Shown here piece after piece: positions 1-8,898 of a DNA stretch of 63,788 bases. The notes beneath the pieces were generated by a model, which saw only the letters and a list, made by a program, of their open reading frames with translations, searched no databases and had not been told where the DNA came from. The translations under genes were made by a program, and so were the position numbers. The stretch is from a virus (lineage: Duplodnaviria > Caudoviricetes): positions 1-63,788 of IMG/VR virus record IMGVR_UViG_3300005613_000061. One strand, given 5' to 3'. Each line of letters begins with the position of its first letter. Positions within the stretch are counted from its first letter, which is position 1.

Positions 1-1
1 A

Positions 2-157
2 CGACACATTAAGAAACATATTCTAGATAGATTTATTAAATGGATGAGCGGTCAAACAGTACCGGTATTAAAAAATGGAGAATCGGGTTACTACTCTCAC
101 GACGTAAAACGTTTCGTAGACTTGGCTTTATATGGTACGCCGACCTATTTTGATTGA
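2..157 (+). CDS. hypothetical protein, 5'-partial (RHIKKHILDRFIKWMSGQTVP...PTYFD)
   Basis: open frame from the window edge to TGA 155-157, translated by hand. Confidence 0.5.
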   Translation, partial: RHIKKHILDRFIKWMSGQTVPVLKNGESGYYSHDVKRFVDLALYGTPTYFD

Positions 158-161
158 GAGC

Positions 162-190
162 TTGACAAAAGACGTATCATATGTTATAGT
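162..190 (+). promoter_or_regulatory. sigma70-type promoter with extended -10 (early class)
   Basis: TTGACA(162-167), 17 bp, TG-n-TATAGT(185-190); followed by GAGGAG RBS and ATG 213. Confidence 0.8.
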
Positions 191-212
191 ATTTACGAGG
201 AGAAGAAATACA

Positions 213-383
213 ATGAGTTATTTAATAGATACATTTTTAGATGCAACGGCAGAGTATAAAGGAGAATGGTATATAGCAAAGCCATATTGTAAAGATTCAT
301 TAGTAAAACGTATCAAAGAGGCTATAAAAGTATTACGTGGCAAAGCGATAGCGATACACTTTAAAGCAGACGAGAACGAATAA
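213..383 (+). CDS. hypothetical phage protein
   Basis: RBS GAGGAG before ATG 213; start moved from 132 because the longer ORF runs through the promoter. Confidence 0.65.
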   Translation: MSYLIDTFLDATAEYKGEWYIAKPYCKDSLVKRIKEAIKVLRGKAIAIHFKADENE

Positions 384-498
384 TGGACTTTACACGAAAA
401 CAAATAGTCAGAATAAGTAAGCGACATTGTTATAGCTATGAAATGTATTTAATTGTAAGAGCATTAATAAGATTTGCAAGAGTAGGAGGGATTGAGAT

Positions 499-1707
499 AT
501 GAAAGACATAATAGAGGCATTAGACTTAGTAGCCAATACAGGCAATAAGAAAGAGAAAGAACGTATATTAAAAAATTTTGACTCTCCTACGTTACGTTTT
601 CTATTGAAGTGTGCCTTTGACCCTTATCTACTATTCGGAGTAAAGAAGATAGAGAAATATTTTGTGCCTAGAAACATCTATCCCACCTATGAAGAATTAA
701 AAGACATGGCGGCCAAATTAGTGTCAAGAAGTATTACAGGGAATGAAGCAAGAGACGTACTCAGTAAGGTATTAACATGCGAAGACGAACTAACAACCAA
801 GTACTTATTTGATGTATTCACAAAAGACTTATCAATAGGGGCAACTGCTAAGACATTGAACAAGATATTTCCGAGATTGATACCTACGTTTGATATAGGT
901 CTATGTAAAGTATTTGAAGATACGAAACTGCCAAAAGGCGATTGGATTATAGAGCCGAAGTATGACGGATTAAGATGCCTGTGTTTTATAGATGAGACAG
1001 GAGATGTAAATTTTCTATCACGTAATGGCAAGAAGTTATACAATCTCGAACACATAGAAGAAGCAGTAAGAGAATTAGGCTTAAAAGGCGTAGTATTTGA
1101 CGGAGAAGCAAAAGGTAAAGAGTGGAACGATTCACAGAGTACGTTACGTTCGAGCAAAACGAAGGTAGACAATTCGTCATTAGAATATTATATATTTGAC
1201 ATGATAGATTTACAAGAGTGGAAGAATAAGAAGACGAGAACACTAAGACTTAGAAAGGAAGACTTACGTGAATTAGAGTTAAAAAGTCCCTTAGTTCGAA
1301 CTCCATATGCGCCATTAACTTGTTATGAGAGAGCAAAAGATATATTTGACCAACTGATAAAGAGAGGCTACGAAGGTGCAGTAATAAAAGACTTAGACTC
1401 AAAGTATTCTTTTAAGAAGAGTAAGGATTGGTTGAAGTGGAAAGAAACTATTACAGAAGATATAACTATAACTGGCCACGAAGAAGGTACGGGAAGAAAT
1501 AAAGGGAAGCTAGGCGCCTTTCTATGTGACTTCAACGGCGTAACAGTAAAAGTGGGTGGTGGTTTTACAGATGAACAACGAAATACATTTTGGGTAAATA
1601 AAGAAGACATGTTAGGAAGAGTAATAGAAGTTAAAGCACAAGAAGCCACAAAAGACGGGAGTTTAAGATTCCCTGTATATGTAAGAACGAGAGAAGACAA
1701 GGACTGA
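499..1707 (+). CDS. lig: ATP-dependent DNA ligase
   Basis: motif I EPKYDGLR, VFDGE, YYIFDMI, EGAVIK, WLKWK and C-terminal OB-fold SLRFPVYVRTR. Confidence 0.95.
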   Translation: MKDIIEALDLVANTGNKKEKERILKNFDSPTLRFLLKCAFDPYLLFGVKKIEKYFVPRNIYPTYEELKDMAAKLVSRSITGNEARDVLSKVLTCEDELTTKYLFDVFTKDLSIGATAKTLNKIFPRLIPTFDIGLCKVFEDTKLPKGDWIIEPKYDGLRCLCFIDETGDVNFLSRNGKKLYNLEHIEEAVRELGLKGVVFDGEAKGKEWNDSQSTLRSSKTKVDNSSLEYYIFDMIDLQEWKNKKTRTLRLRKEDLRELELKSPLVRTPYAPLTCYERAKDIFDQLIKRGYEGAVIKDLDSKYSFKKSKDWLKWKETITEDITITGHEEGTGRNKGKLGAFLCDFNGVTVKVGGGFTDEQRNTFWVNKEDMLGRVIEVKAQEATKDGSLRFPVYVRTREDKD

Positions 1708-1713
1708 TATAAT

Positions 1714-1926
1714 ATGTTAATAGTAGAAGTTAAAGTAAATGAACGATTAATTAAAATAGCAGGAGCAAGAAATATTACCGAAGAAATAGGCAAAGGTAAG
1801 TATGGCAAAGGGTTACAGACATACGATATAATAGTATCGCCGAATAAAAAAGTAGCTACTATTACACATGAATTTGAAAAGGGCTGGAAACCTTTAGTAC
1901 GAAAGATGTTAAAATTTATGAAATAG
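1714..1926 (+). CDS. hypothetical protein
   Basis: ORF tightly packed in the operon. Confidence 0.6.
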   Translation: MLIVEVKVNERLIKIAGARNITEEIGKGKYGKGLQTYDIIVSPNKKVATITHEFEKGWKPLVRKMLKFMK

Positions 1927-1929
1927 AAA

Positions 1930-1939
1930 AGGGTATAAT
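1930..1939 (+). promoter_or_regulatory. AGGGTATAAT motif, putative phage-specific -10-only promoter (copy 1 of 13)
   Basis: exact copies at 1930, 4687, 6254, 9861, 13455, 15786, 16230, 18580, 32018, 37485, 57192, 57681 and 62966, mostly intergenic and upstream of RBS/ATG. Confidence 0.7.
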
Positions 1940-1944
1940 AAGAT

Positions 1945-2298
1945 ATGGCAAAAACACCAGAACAATATGAAAGAGAACGAAACGGCGGATTAGGGAGATA
2001 CGATACGGGAGACTTTGGCCTTCCGTTAGCGGTAGAAGCATTAAGTGGAAGCCCTGAATATGCCATAAATAAACGTAATAGAATGATTAATCTTGAGGCA
2101 TTACACGCCAGAGGCTTCAAGTTTGACCATATAACACAAGAGTATTACAAAATTGTAAAGTACAAAGAGTTTAGAGATAAGATTAGAGTTAGTGGTCACC
2201 ACTTAGATATAAAAGATTTTTATAAATACGTTGATGGAAAAATAGAGTATGTAGAACGAGTATTAAAAGAGAAATATGAGAAGGAGGAAGGGTTATGA
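1945..2298 (+). CDS. hypothetical protein
   Basis: ORF directly after the AGGGTATAAT motif. Confidence 0.65.
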   Translation: MAKTPEQYERERNGGLGRYDTGDFGLPLAVEALSGSPEYAINKRNRMINLEALHARGFKFDHITQEYYKIVKYKEFRDKIRVSGHHLDIKDFYKYVDGKIEYVERVLKEKYEKEEGL

Positions 2299-2552
2299 AC
2301 GAAGCGGAACTAAGGGCAAAATTAGACATAGTAGAGAAAGAAGTACTACATCATAGATACTGTATGACGGCAGATTTGGAAGGAGCGATTAAGATAATTA
2401 AAGAGAATGAAGATATATGTGTACTTACAGTGCGCCCAAAGCCGTATCCTCTTCGTGGTTGTGATGAGTACTTTAAGACAATTATAGGAGACGACGAGTT
2501 AAAAAGAGAAGCAAGAGAATTTTTATTAAATAATTTATGTTCAGGTAAATAA
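2295..2552 (+). CDS. hypothetical protein
   Basis: ATGA overlap, AGGAGG RBS. Confidence 0.65.
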   Translation: MNEAELRAKLDIVEKEVLHHRYCMTADLEGAIKIIKENEDICVLTVRPKPYPLRGCDEYFKTIIGDDELKREAREFLLNNLCSGK

Positions 2553-2575
2553 TTGTAAGAAAGGGTATACCAATA

Positions 2576-2755
2576 ATGAGTGTATTAGACAAAATTGAAA
2601 AAGTATTTAATAAGTTCGGCAAGTTACAAAAGAAAGTAGACGAGTTATTAAACGAAGAACAGAAGAAAAAAGTAAAAGTATTACTTGACAAAGCATTAGA
2701 AAAGGCAGTAGATGAAGTCATTGACGCAGGAGTGAAGGCTTTAAAAGACGTATAA
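2576..2755 (+). CDS. small helical hypothetical protein (MSVLDKIEKVF...KALKDV, 59 aa)
   Basis: hand-translated; fills the gap; below the ORF-track cutoff. Confidence 0.55.
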   Translation: MSVLDKIEKVFNKFGKLQKKVDELLNEEQKKKVKVLLDKALEKAVDEVIDAGVKALKDV

Positions 2756-2763
2756 GGAGCAAA

Positions 2764-3228
2764 ATGAATAGAAAGAGAGTAGCGAAATACTTTACGCAAA
2801 TTGTAAACTATTGGGCAAAGCGATTACGCTTAGATGTTAAGTTAATACAAGATAATCGTATAAGAAAATTTTGTGCTTTTGTAAGTTATAGAGGAAATCC
2901 AAAAATAGGAACTGATAGAGATTACTCCATAACATATAGCCCACGAACAATGATAGATTATGATTATAATACATTCGCAGGTCTTACATTTCTAGCACTA
3001 CATGAACTAGGGCATATTAAATTAAAAGCATTGTTTAGAAACGGCGGAAGAGTACAAGCCGAATATAGAGCCGAAATGTTTGCATTAAGAAAGTTAAAGA
3101 AGTATTATCCTAAAATGTATAGATACCACGTCACCAGAATGAAATTAGATTTAAAGGGCAATAAATACTTTACAGGAGAAAAAGCTTATTATAGAGAAGC
3201 ATTTAACAAGATAAAGATATACAAATAG
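2764..3228 (+). CDS. HEXXH zinc metallopeptidase-like protein (ImmA/IrrE or SprT-like)
   Basis: LHELGH motif followed by AEYRAEMFA; AGGAG RBS. Confidence 0.6.
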   Translation: MNRKRVAKYFTQIVNYWAKRLRLDVKLIQDNRIRKFCAFVSYRGNPKIGTDRDYSITYSPRTMIDYDYNTFAGLTFLALHELGHIKLKALFRNGGRVQAEYRAEMFALRKLKKYYPKMYRYHVTRMKLDLKGNKYFTGEKAYYREAFNKIKIYK

Positions 3229-3238
3229 GAGGAGAGAA

Positions 3239-3724
3239 ATGAAAACAACAACGACATGTATAGTAGCATATAATGACACAGCGAATAGAGTTATTTACAT
3301 GGGCGGAGATTCCGCAGGAGTAGCTGGGTATCATATAAGTGCAAGAAAAGATACGAAAGTATTTAAAAACGGCGAAATGCTTATGGGTTATACATCTTCA
3401 TTCCGTATGGGACAATTATTAAGATTTAAGTTAAAGGTTCCACCACAGTTATCAATAAAGACCGACTATGAGTTTATGGTAACAGATTTTATAGATGCCA
3501 TAAAAGAATGTTACAAAGAAAACGGATACGGCGAGATAGAAGAAAATAAAAATGCTACTGGCGGTCAATTTCTAGTAGGATACAAAGGCAATCTATACGA
3601 GATAGAGGACGACTTTCAAGTAGGTATGGTAGATGTTTCATATATGTCATGTGGATGTGGTAGTGATATAGCAAGAGGGAGTTATCTAATCTTAGAACTA
3701 GATGAGGAATTTGAAGAATGTTAA
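3239..3724 (+). CDS. HslV/proteasome-beta-like Ntn protease, possibly C-terminally truncated
   Basis: N-terminal TTCIV...MGGDSAG, conserved Lys (DTKVF), CGCGSDIA loop. Confidence 0.7.
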   Translation: MKTTTTCIVAYNDTANRVIYMGGDSAGVAGYHISARKDTKVFKNGEMLMGYTSSFRMGQLLRFKLKVPPQLSIKTDYEFMVTDFIDAIKECYKENGYGEIEENKNATGGQFLVGYKGNLYEIEDDFQVGMVDVSYMSCGCGSDIARGSYLILELDEEFEEC

Positions 3725-4194
3725 TTATAGTAGATGTAAACTATGCATATTACGGAATTGAAGTAGTGAATAATCAAATAGTGAAAGCTCCACCAATAGC
3801 AAAATGGGTAATAGGTAAATCATTGACAGAGTTTAAAAAGTGGGTTAAAAAAGAAAAAGGGAAAGATAATAACATGTTAAAGACCATATATAACAATATA
3901 AAATGGTTCATACAACGAGGTATGCGAGGCTATGCCGATTGTGACGTATGGAATACAGACAGATATTTAGCAAAATTGATTGCGAATATGACCAGAGACT
4001 TACGATTTAATAACAAAGGACTAGATAAAAAGTTACGCACAGCTTTAGAAGATATAGAGGGAGGATTTAACGTCATAGATTATTATATAACTATTGGAGG
4101 AGCAGCCAATCAAAAGAGTTATCGAATATTTAAAGAAGTGCATAGAAAGTCTTTCGAACTTTTATCTGAAAATTTTTATAGATTATGGGACTAG
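3718..4194 (+). CDS. hypothetical protein, apparently two small ORFs fused
   Basis: internal Met (MLKTIYNNIKWFIQRG...) after a K-rich linker. Confidence 0.55.
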   Translation: MLIIVDVNYAYYGIEVVNNQIVKAPPIAKWVIGKSLTEFKKWVKKEKGKDNNMLKTIYNNIKWFIQRGMRGYADCDVWNTDRYLAKLIANMTRDLRFNNKGLDKKLRTALEDIEGGFNVIDYYITIGGAANQKSYRIFKEVHRKSFELLSENFYRLWD

Positions 4195-4208
4195 AAACGA
4201 GGTAATAC

Positions 4209-4586
4209 GTGACAGAGATACATGAGCCAAAGTGGGCAAAGAAAGAGAAAAAAGAGAAGAAGAGTAAGAATAAACATAAAATAACTGTAGAAGCCATAAA
4301 AATTGTTATATTGTTAACAATAATTTTAGCAATAATCAATACATTAACGATTCGTAGAGTTACAAATACGCAACAAACGCACAATAGATTGTTTGATAGT
4401 TTTCAAGGGCTTCAACAACAAATGTTAAAAGAGTTAAGAATGTTACAAATAAAGTCATATAAAGAAAGGAATAATCATGTTAGAGACGCTATTATTAAGT
4501 ATATTTCTAACGACGCCAATAATGAGCGAGCCAAACGTACTGCCAAAAGTAGAAATATCGCAAATAAAGTCAAAAAGTACTCATAA
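4209..4586 (+). CDS. membrane-anchored coiled-coil protein
   Basis: basic N-terminus, hydrophobic IVILLTIILAII, then heptad-like segment; GAGGT RBS before GTG. Confidence 0.55.
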   Translation: MTEIHEPKWAKKEKKEKKSKNKHKITVEAIKIVILLTIILAIINTLTIRRVTNTQQTHNRLFDSFQGLQQQMLKELRMLQIKSYKERNNHVRDAIIKYISNDANNERAKRTAKSRNIANKVKKYS

Positions 4587-4734
4587 TATCGTCATACGCA
4601 AGCCAGAATCACTCCTACCGAGACTTTGCGAAGATTTAGACAGATATTATAAGACAAGACGAATTATCGAAACCAGCGCATAATATAGGGTATAATCATA
4701 TAGTCAATAAAGACTCTATATAAGGAGAAGAATT

Positions 4735-4923
4735 GTGAAATCTAAGAACAAAACGACTTTGGATAGTTTTATTAAATATTGTAAGAAGCACCCGCAACAG
4801 AGATTTTGGCAAGCACTAAGAAACTGGAGCGGATACGCCTATATATGGGGACAAACGAATTCACCACTTTGCGAATATATTAGCAGTGATTTGGAGGACA
4901 CCTTCTATAAGGAGGGAAAATGA
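4735..4923 (+). CDS. hypothetical protein (HPQQRFWQAL motif)
   Basis: AGGAG RBS, GTG start. Confidence 0.6.
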   Translation: MKSKNKTTLDSFIKYCKKHPQQRFWQALRNWSGYAYIWGQTNSPLCEYISSDLEDTFYKEGK

Positions 4924-5231
4924 AGTTAAAGTTTAAAAATCCAAAATTCTATCCCGGACGAAATGTAACAATACGTAGAGGCACCAAGTGGGATAAGTGT
5001 CCCTGTAAAGATAACGTATTGATTGAATGTGAGGGAGAAGGGGCTTACGATTCACGACACACGAAAATAAGAACAAAAGTTATGATGTTCAAAGATTTAA
5101 CTATCTGTGACTTATTATGCGAACACGACGAAGAGTGTAGAGACTATTTCGGGTTATTAGATAGAATGAAAGAGTATTACGAAGATTTTAACGAATACGA
5201 ACTAATAACCGTAGTGGAGTTTATACTATGA
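4920..5231 (+). CDS. ASCH/PUA-like domain protein
   Basis: GRNVTIRRG N-terminus and ...YYEDF...ITVVEF C-terminus resemble ASCH-fold phage proteins. Confidence 0.45.
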   Translation: MKLKFKNPKFYPGRNVTIRRGTKWDKCPCKDNVLIECEGEGAYDSRHTKIRTKVMMFKDLTICDLLCEHDEECRDYFGLLDRMKEYYEDFNEYELITVVEFIL

Positions 5232-5440
5232 AAGAGTATGCCAGATACATAATAAAACAGTGTAAAGGAAAGACAGACGAAGAACAGAAGAAAATATTAC
5301 TACATCTGTATCAAGATTTAGAAGAACGAGGCATGAAGTTTGAAGAAGCGTATTTAATGGTAGTTGAAATTCTTACTAGCGATATACAGAGATTAGCAAA
5401 AGAGTTAACAGACATTGCAAAAGATATGGGAACAGATTAA
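5228..5440 (+). CDS. hypothetical protein
   Basis: overlapping start, operon packing. Confidence 0.55.
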   Translation: MKEYARYIIKQCKGKTDEEQKKILLHLYQDLEERGMKFEEAYLMVVEILTSDIQRLAKELTDIAKDMGTD

Positions 5441-5454
5441 GTAAAGAAGAATAT

Positions 5455-5847
5455 ATGCATAGAAAAAAAGACCCACTAAAGGAAAGAATATTAAGTTATT
5501 TAAAAATTAAAGGCATAGGAAAAGTTATAAGCATGTCCTGTGACATTCCAATACGTCGTAGATTGGCACGAACTGATACTTTAGAAAATAGAAGAAATTT
5601 AGATGAGTACGAGGATAGTATACAAGATAAAATAGCCGACAATAATTTATATACTTTAATGGGTGAGTTAGGGGTTAAAAAGTATTGCGATATAAATGAG
5701 CCACTATACAAGGCTATAGAACTTGGCGAATTATTGAAATGTTTAGAAGAGTATGGGGAATGTAAATACGCAAAAAATTGTTGGGTTACTCGAAAAGGAT
5801 TTTGCGAAAAGAAACGACAAGAGAGATTAAATGGAAAAGCGGGTTAG
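5455..5847 (+). CDS. hypothetical protein
   Basis: 130-aa ORF; its stop codon lies inside the tRNA 5' end. Confidence 0.55.
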   Translation: MHRKKDPLKERILSYLKIKGIGKVISMSCDIPIRRRLARTDTLENRRNLDEYEDSIQDKIADNNLYTLMGELGVKKYCDINEPLYKAIELGELLKCLEEYGECKYAKNCWVTRKGFCEKKRQERLNGKAG

Positions 5848-5913
5848 AGTAGGCGGTCAACTCACTGGGCTCATATCCCAGTTATACTGGTTCGATTCCA
5901 GTACCCGCAACCA
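5838..5913 (+). tRNA. tRNA-Met(CAT), initiator (fMet)-type
   Basis: cloverleaf: acceptor GCGGGT/ACCCGC with 1:72 mismatch, D stem GAGT/ACTC, anticodon stem CTGGG/CCCAG (three G-C pairs), loop CTCATAT, T arm ACTGG-TTCGATT-CCAGT, encoded CCA. Confidence 0.92.
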
Positions 5914-5954
5914 AAGAATACTAGGCAGGAAGATAGATAGAAAGAGAGACAGAC

Positions 5955-6224
5955 ATGATAGTAAAAATTGGAAACAGAGGAAAAGGATATAATTTTTTTG
6001 ACGCTGATTCAATAATGCAAAGTAGAACAAGGCAACCGGCAGAAGACTTATTTAAGGCCTGTAATTCAGAAACATTATTTTTATTGAACGGCGAAAAAGT
6101 ACCCGAAAACGGGTATCTATGTGTAAATCTGTATAAAAATCAAAAAATAGTTCAATGGGTAGTCACGGATAGACGTTGTTATATAATGAATAATGAAGGA
6201 AGAACGATAGATAAGATAAATTAA
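5955..6224 (+). CDS. hypothetical protein ending YIMNNEGRTIDKIN
   Basis: 89-aa ORF flanked by imperfect inverted repeats. Confidence 0.65.
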   Translation: MIVKIGNRGKGYNFFDADSIMQSRTRQPAEDLFKACNSETLFLLNGEKVPENGYLCVNLYKNQKIVQWVVTDRRCYIMNNEGRTIDKIN

Positions 6225-6282
6225 AAATCAACTTACTGTCTAGTAAGTTTAAAAGGGTATAATATTACGAGGAGACGTAAAA

Positions 6283-6669
6283 ATGAGTGACATACATAAA
6301 GACATACAAGAAGAACAGTGGAAAGAGAAGCCACACAACGAGTATACCTTTGTAGAGTATCAGAAGGCACAAAGAAGTTTGGCAATATATAGAGGTGACT
6401 TAAGCGTAGTATACCCGGCGCTAGGACTGGGCGGAGAATCAGGAGAAGTATTAGAGAAGATTAAGAAAGTATTACGAGATAACAACGGAGTATTTACAGA
6501 AGAGAAGAAGCAAGAGATTAAGAAGGAACTGGGCGACGTATTATGGTATCTATCAGACATAGCATATTTTTTAGGAATAAGTTTAGATGACGTAGCTAAA
6601 AGTAACATAGACAAGTTAACAAGTAGAAACAAACGAAACGTACAATACGGGAGCGGAGATAACCGATGA
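6283..6669 (+). CDS. mazG: MazG-like nucleoside triphosphate pyrophosphohydrolase
   Basis: YPALGLGGESGEVLEKIKK...KELGDVLWY...NIDKL...GSGDNR. Confidence 0.9.
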   Translation: MSDIHKDIQEEQWKEKPHNEYTFVEYQKAQRSLAIYRGDLSVVYPALGLGGESGEVLEKIKKVLRDNNGVFTEEKKQEIKKELGDVLWYLSDIAYFLGISLDDVAKSNIDKLTSRNKRNVQYGSGDNR

Positions 6670-6857
6670 GCATGGAGAAAGACTTTGCCTTTTTAGCTGG
6701 CGAATATGACGAGGATAATCTTAAACAAGAGTGTTACGTATGTGGCAAAAAGACATATAGAATCTGTAGTATATGCAAAAAGCCAATATGTAAAAAACAT
6801 ACTAAGAGACTAAAGCAACATAATTTTCAAGAACGATGCATAGATTGCAACAGATAG
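6666..6857 (+). CDS. small Cys/His zinc-finger protein
   Basis: CYVC...CSIC...CKKH...CIDC. Confidence 0.6.
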   Translation: MSMEKDFAFLAGEYDEDNLKQECYVCGKKTYRICSICKKPICKKHTKRLKQHNFQERCIDCNR

Positions 6858-6867
6858 AGAGGCCAAC

Positions 6868-7074
6868 ATGGGTGCATTTGCGTTATACAAAGGTAGTAAA
6901 TTAATTAAACTTCAAGAACGAGCAATAGGCTTACAGGCTAAAATAAAAGAACGTGGCTCATCCACACAATCTGAACGTGGATATTTAGAGGATTTAAAGA
7001 TAGCAATTCGTTGGAAGATAGAAGAGATGTGCGAGGCGAGCATAAAAAACGTACAAGAAGAGGAAACAAAGTGA
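6868..7074 (+). CDS. hypothetical protein
   Basis: GAGG RBS, operon packing. Confidence 0.55.
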   Translation: MGAFALYKGSKLIKLQERAIGLQAKIKERGSSTQSERGYLEDLKIAIRWKIEEMCEASIKNVQEEETK

Positions 7075-7430
7075 TAAAACATATAAGATTGCCGGTTAAA
7101 ATAGTACAAAAGGGTTGGGGTTATGAAATATGGGTAGCAAATAATGACTTATATTGTGGGAAACAGTTGTCTATATTCAAAGGTAAGAGCTTTAGCGACC
7201 ACTTTCACATCAATAAAGTAGAGACATTTTATGTAACAGAAGGATTGGCAAGATTAGATATTAGAGAAAAAGACGGCAAAGAATATACATACGAATTAAA
7301 AGTTGGAGACATAGTAGATATAACGCCGGGATTGATGCATAAAGTAACTGCAATAGAAGATTTTACAATGATGGAATTTAGTACGAAGCATGACGACGAA
7401 GACAGTTACAGAGTAAGTAGAGGGGATTAA
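7071..7430 (+). CDS. cupin (mannose-6-phosphate/sugar isomerase-like)
   Basis: KGWGYEIW, SDHFHINKVETFYV, PGLMHKV, EFST...DSYR; GTG start at 7071 with GAGG RBS. Confidence 0.8.
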   Translation: MIKHIRLPVKIVQKGWGYEIWVANNDLYCGKQLSIFKGKSFSDHFHINKVETFYVTEGLARLDIREKDGKEYTYELKVGDIVDITPGLMHKVTAIEDFTMMEFSTKHDDEDSYRVSRGD

Positions 7431-7433
7431 TAA

Positions 7434-8006
7434 ATGCGTTATTGGTTTTCGGCAGATTATCACTTGGGACATAAAAATATTATAAAGTATTGTAATAGAC
7501 CGTTTAAGAGTTTAGAACATATGAACGAGACTATTATAAGAAATCATAATGCCAGAGTGAAGCCTGACGATGTACTTATACATGTGGGAGATTTTTGTTT
7601 TAATAATACTTCAAGCGAACGAGGAGAAGGGATAAGAATTTCAACACAAGAATGGGAAAGTAAATTAAATGGAAAAATTATACATATTAAGGGGAATCAC
7701 GACAAGAATAATGGAACAAAAACTATTATACAGGGAATGTTAATACAATTTATGAGGCATTACGTTTGGTGCGTACATAAACCACAACACTATAATAAGA
7801 AGTATGACATCAATTTTGTAGGACACATACACAATAATTGGGAATTTAAGCTAAAAGATGATTATATATTCGATAAAGATAATAAAATAATGATACTAGA
7901 ATCGGATTTAATAAATGTGGGTGTAGACGTAAACAGATTTATGCCGGTGAGTTTTGAGGAGTTAATAAAGAAGTTAAATAGATATAAGAAAGTATCTAAA
8001 AAATGA
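7434..8006 (+). CDS. calcineurin-like metallophosphoesterase
   Basis: ADYHLGH, HVGDF, KGNHD, GHIH, INVGVD. Confidence 0.9.
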   Translation: MRYWFSADYHLGHKNIIKYCNRPFKSLEHMNETIIRNHNARVKPDDVLIHVGDFCFNNTSSERGEGIRISTQEWESKLNGKIIHIKGNHDKNNGTKTIIQGMLIQFMRHYVWCVHKPQHYNKKYDINFVGHIHNNWEFKLKDDYIFDKDNKIMILESDLINVGVDVNRFMPVSFEELIKKLNRYKKVSKK

Positions 8007-8347
8007 TAACGCTAAAGACGTATGATATAGTTAAGCAACGTGAAGTAATGGCAGGCAAATTCAATGAGAAAACACGAGTATTTACAAAACGTGTAAAAGA
8101 CTGTCATTATATGCGTAAGACACAATCATATGGCATACAGAGCGACGTTATTGAGATGTTAATAAATATGACTTGTAAAGCGATACATATAAAGACAGAG
8201 GACGGACTATACATATCAGATTTTGGACTATGGGTAACACAAGGCATGGCTCAAATTTTAGACTTTGGTCACGGGGAGCAGAATCATTTAAGTATAAGAC
8301 ATATGCAATATACGACCAAAAAACGACGAAATAGCCAGAAAAGATAG
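8003..8347 (+). CDS. hypothetical protein
   Basis: ATGA overlap, 114 aa. Confidence 0.6.
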   Translation: MITLKTYDIVKQREVMAGKFNEKTRVFTKRVKDCHYMRKTQSYGIQSDVIEMLINMTCKAIHIKTEDGLYISDFGLWVTQGMAQILDFGHGEQNHLSIRHMQYTTKKRRNSQKR

Positions 8348-8365
8348 TAAATAGAACTATACCAC

Positions 8366-8406
8366 AAGACGTAACTTACTAGAAATAAACGAGTTACGTC
8401 TTTTTT
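8366..8406 (+). terminator. intrinsic terminator
   Basis: AAGACGTAACT(8366-8376)/AGTTACGTCTT(8392-8402) followed by a T-tract. Confidence 0.7.
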
Positions 8407-8455
8407 ATTTATTTTAGTTATAGCTATGTACAAATCTGCAATCACATGTTATTAT
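8407..8455 (+). promoter_or_regulatory. sigma70-like promoter within a 29-bp repeat shared with 56072-56100
   Basis: TGTACA(8427-8432), 17 bp, TG-n-TATTAT(8450-8455); AGGAG RBS downstream. Confidence 0.65.
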
Positions 8456-8477
8456 TTAAATAACAAAGGAGAACGAC

Positions 8478-8672
8478 ATGAAAGTAGAAACTATAAAAAT
8501 AAATCATATCGAGTACCCGAAGAAGTTAAAAAAGAAGACCGTAGCAGAACTGCTTTATATACTCAAAGATGCTAATGAAGTGGTAAGAGCGAACCCAGAA
8601 GGAGAAAAATCAGGATATTATCAAGACGAAGTTAATTATGTTTGTATGGAATTGAATAGGAGGACAAAATGA
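8478..8672 (+). CDS. hypothetical protein
   Basis: AAGGAG RBS. Confidence 0.65.
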   Translation: MKVETIKINHIEYPKKLKKKTVAELLYILKDANEVVRANPEGEKSGYYQDEVNYVCMELNRRTK

Positions 8673-8887
8673 AAAAGACATATCAAGATATAATAAACAC
8701 AGAAAGAAAAGTAGCAGATGAATTACAGACTTTAGATGCAAAGATTTTGTCAATGATTCTAAAAGACGAAGTAAATATGAAAGAATTAATCATAGAAGAG
8801 TTAAAGAGTCGTGGATTAAATGGAGAAGGCGAATGGGTAGGGTATAAAGACGAAGATACAAACTGGATAGAAGGTTATAACTTTTAA
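8669..8887 (+). CDS. hypothetical protein
   Basis: AGGAGG RBS. Confidence 0.6.
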   Translation: MKKTYQDIINTERKVADELQTLDAKILSMILKDEVNMKELIIEELKSRGLNGEGEWVGYKDEDTNWIEGYNF

Positions 8888-8898
8888 AGGAGGATAAC

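Noticed and set aside
4209-4683. Overlapping TM protein and hydrophobic-leader ORF (4477-4683) as an i-/o-spanin pair
   Set aside because: The second ORF has no lipobox cysteine after its hydrophobic stretch and no lysis genes are adjacent; left unassigned
5838-5913. tRNA as an attP/prophage boundary
   Set aside because: No integrase, no duplicated tRNA 3' end and no host genes in the window
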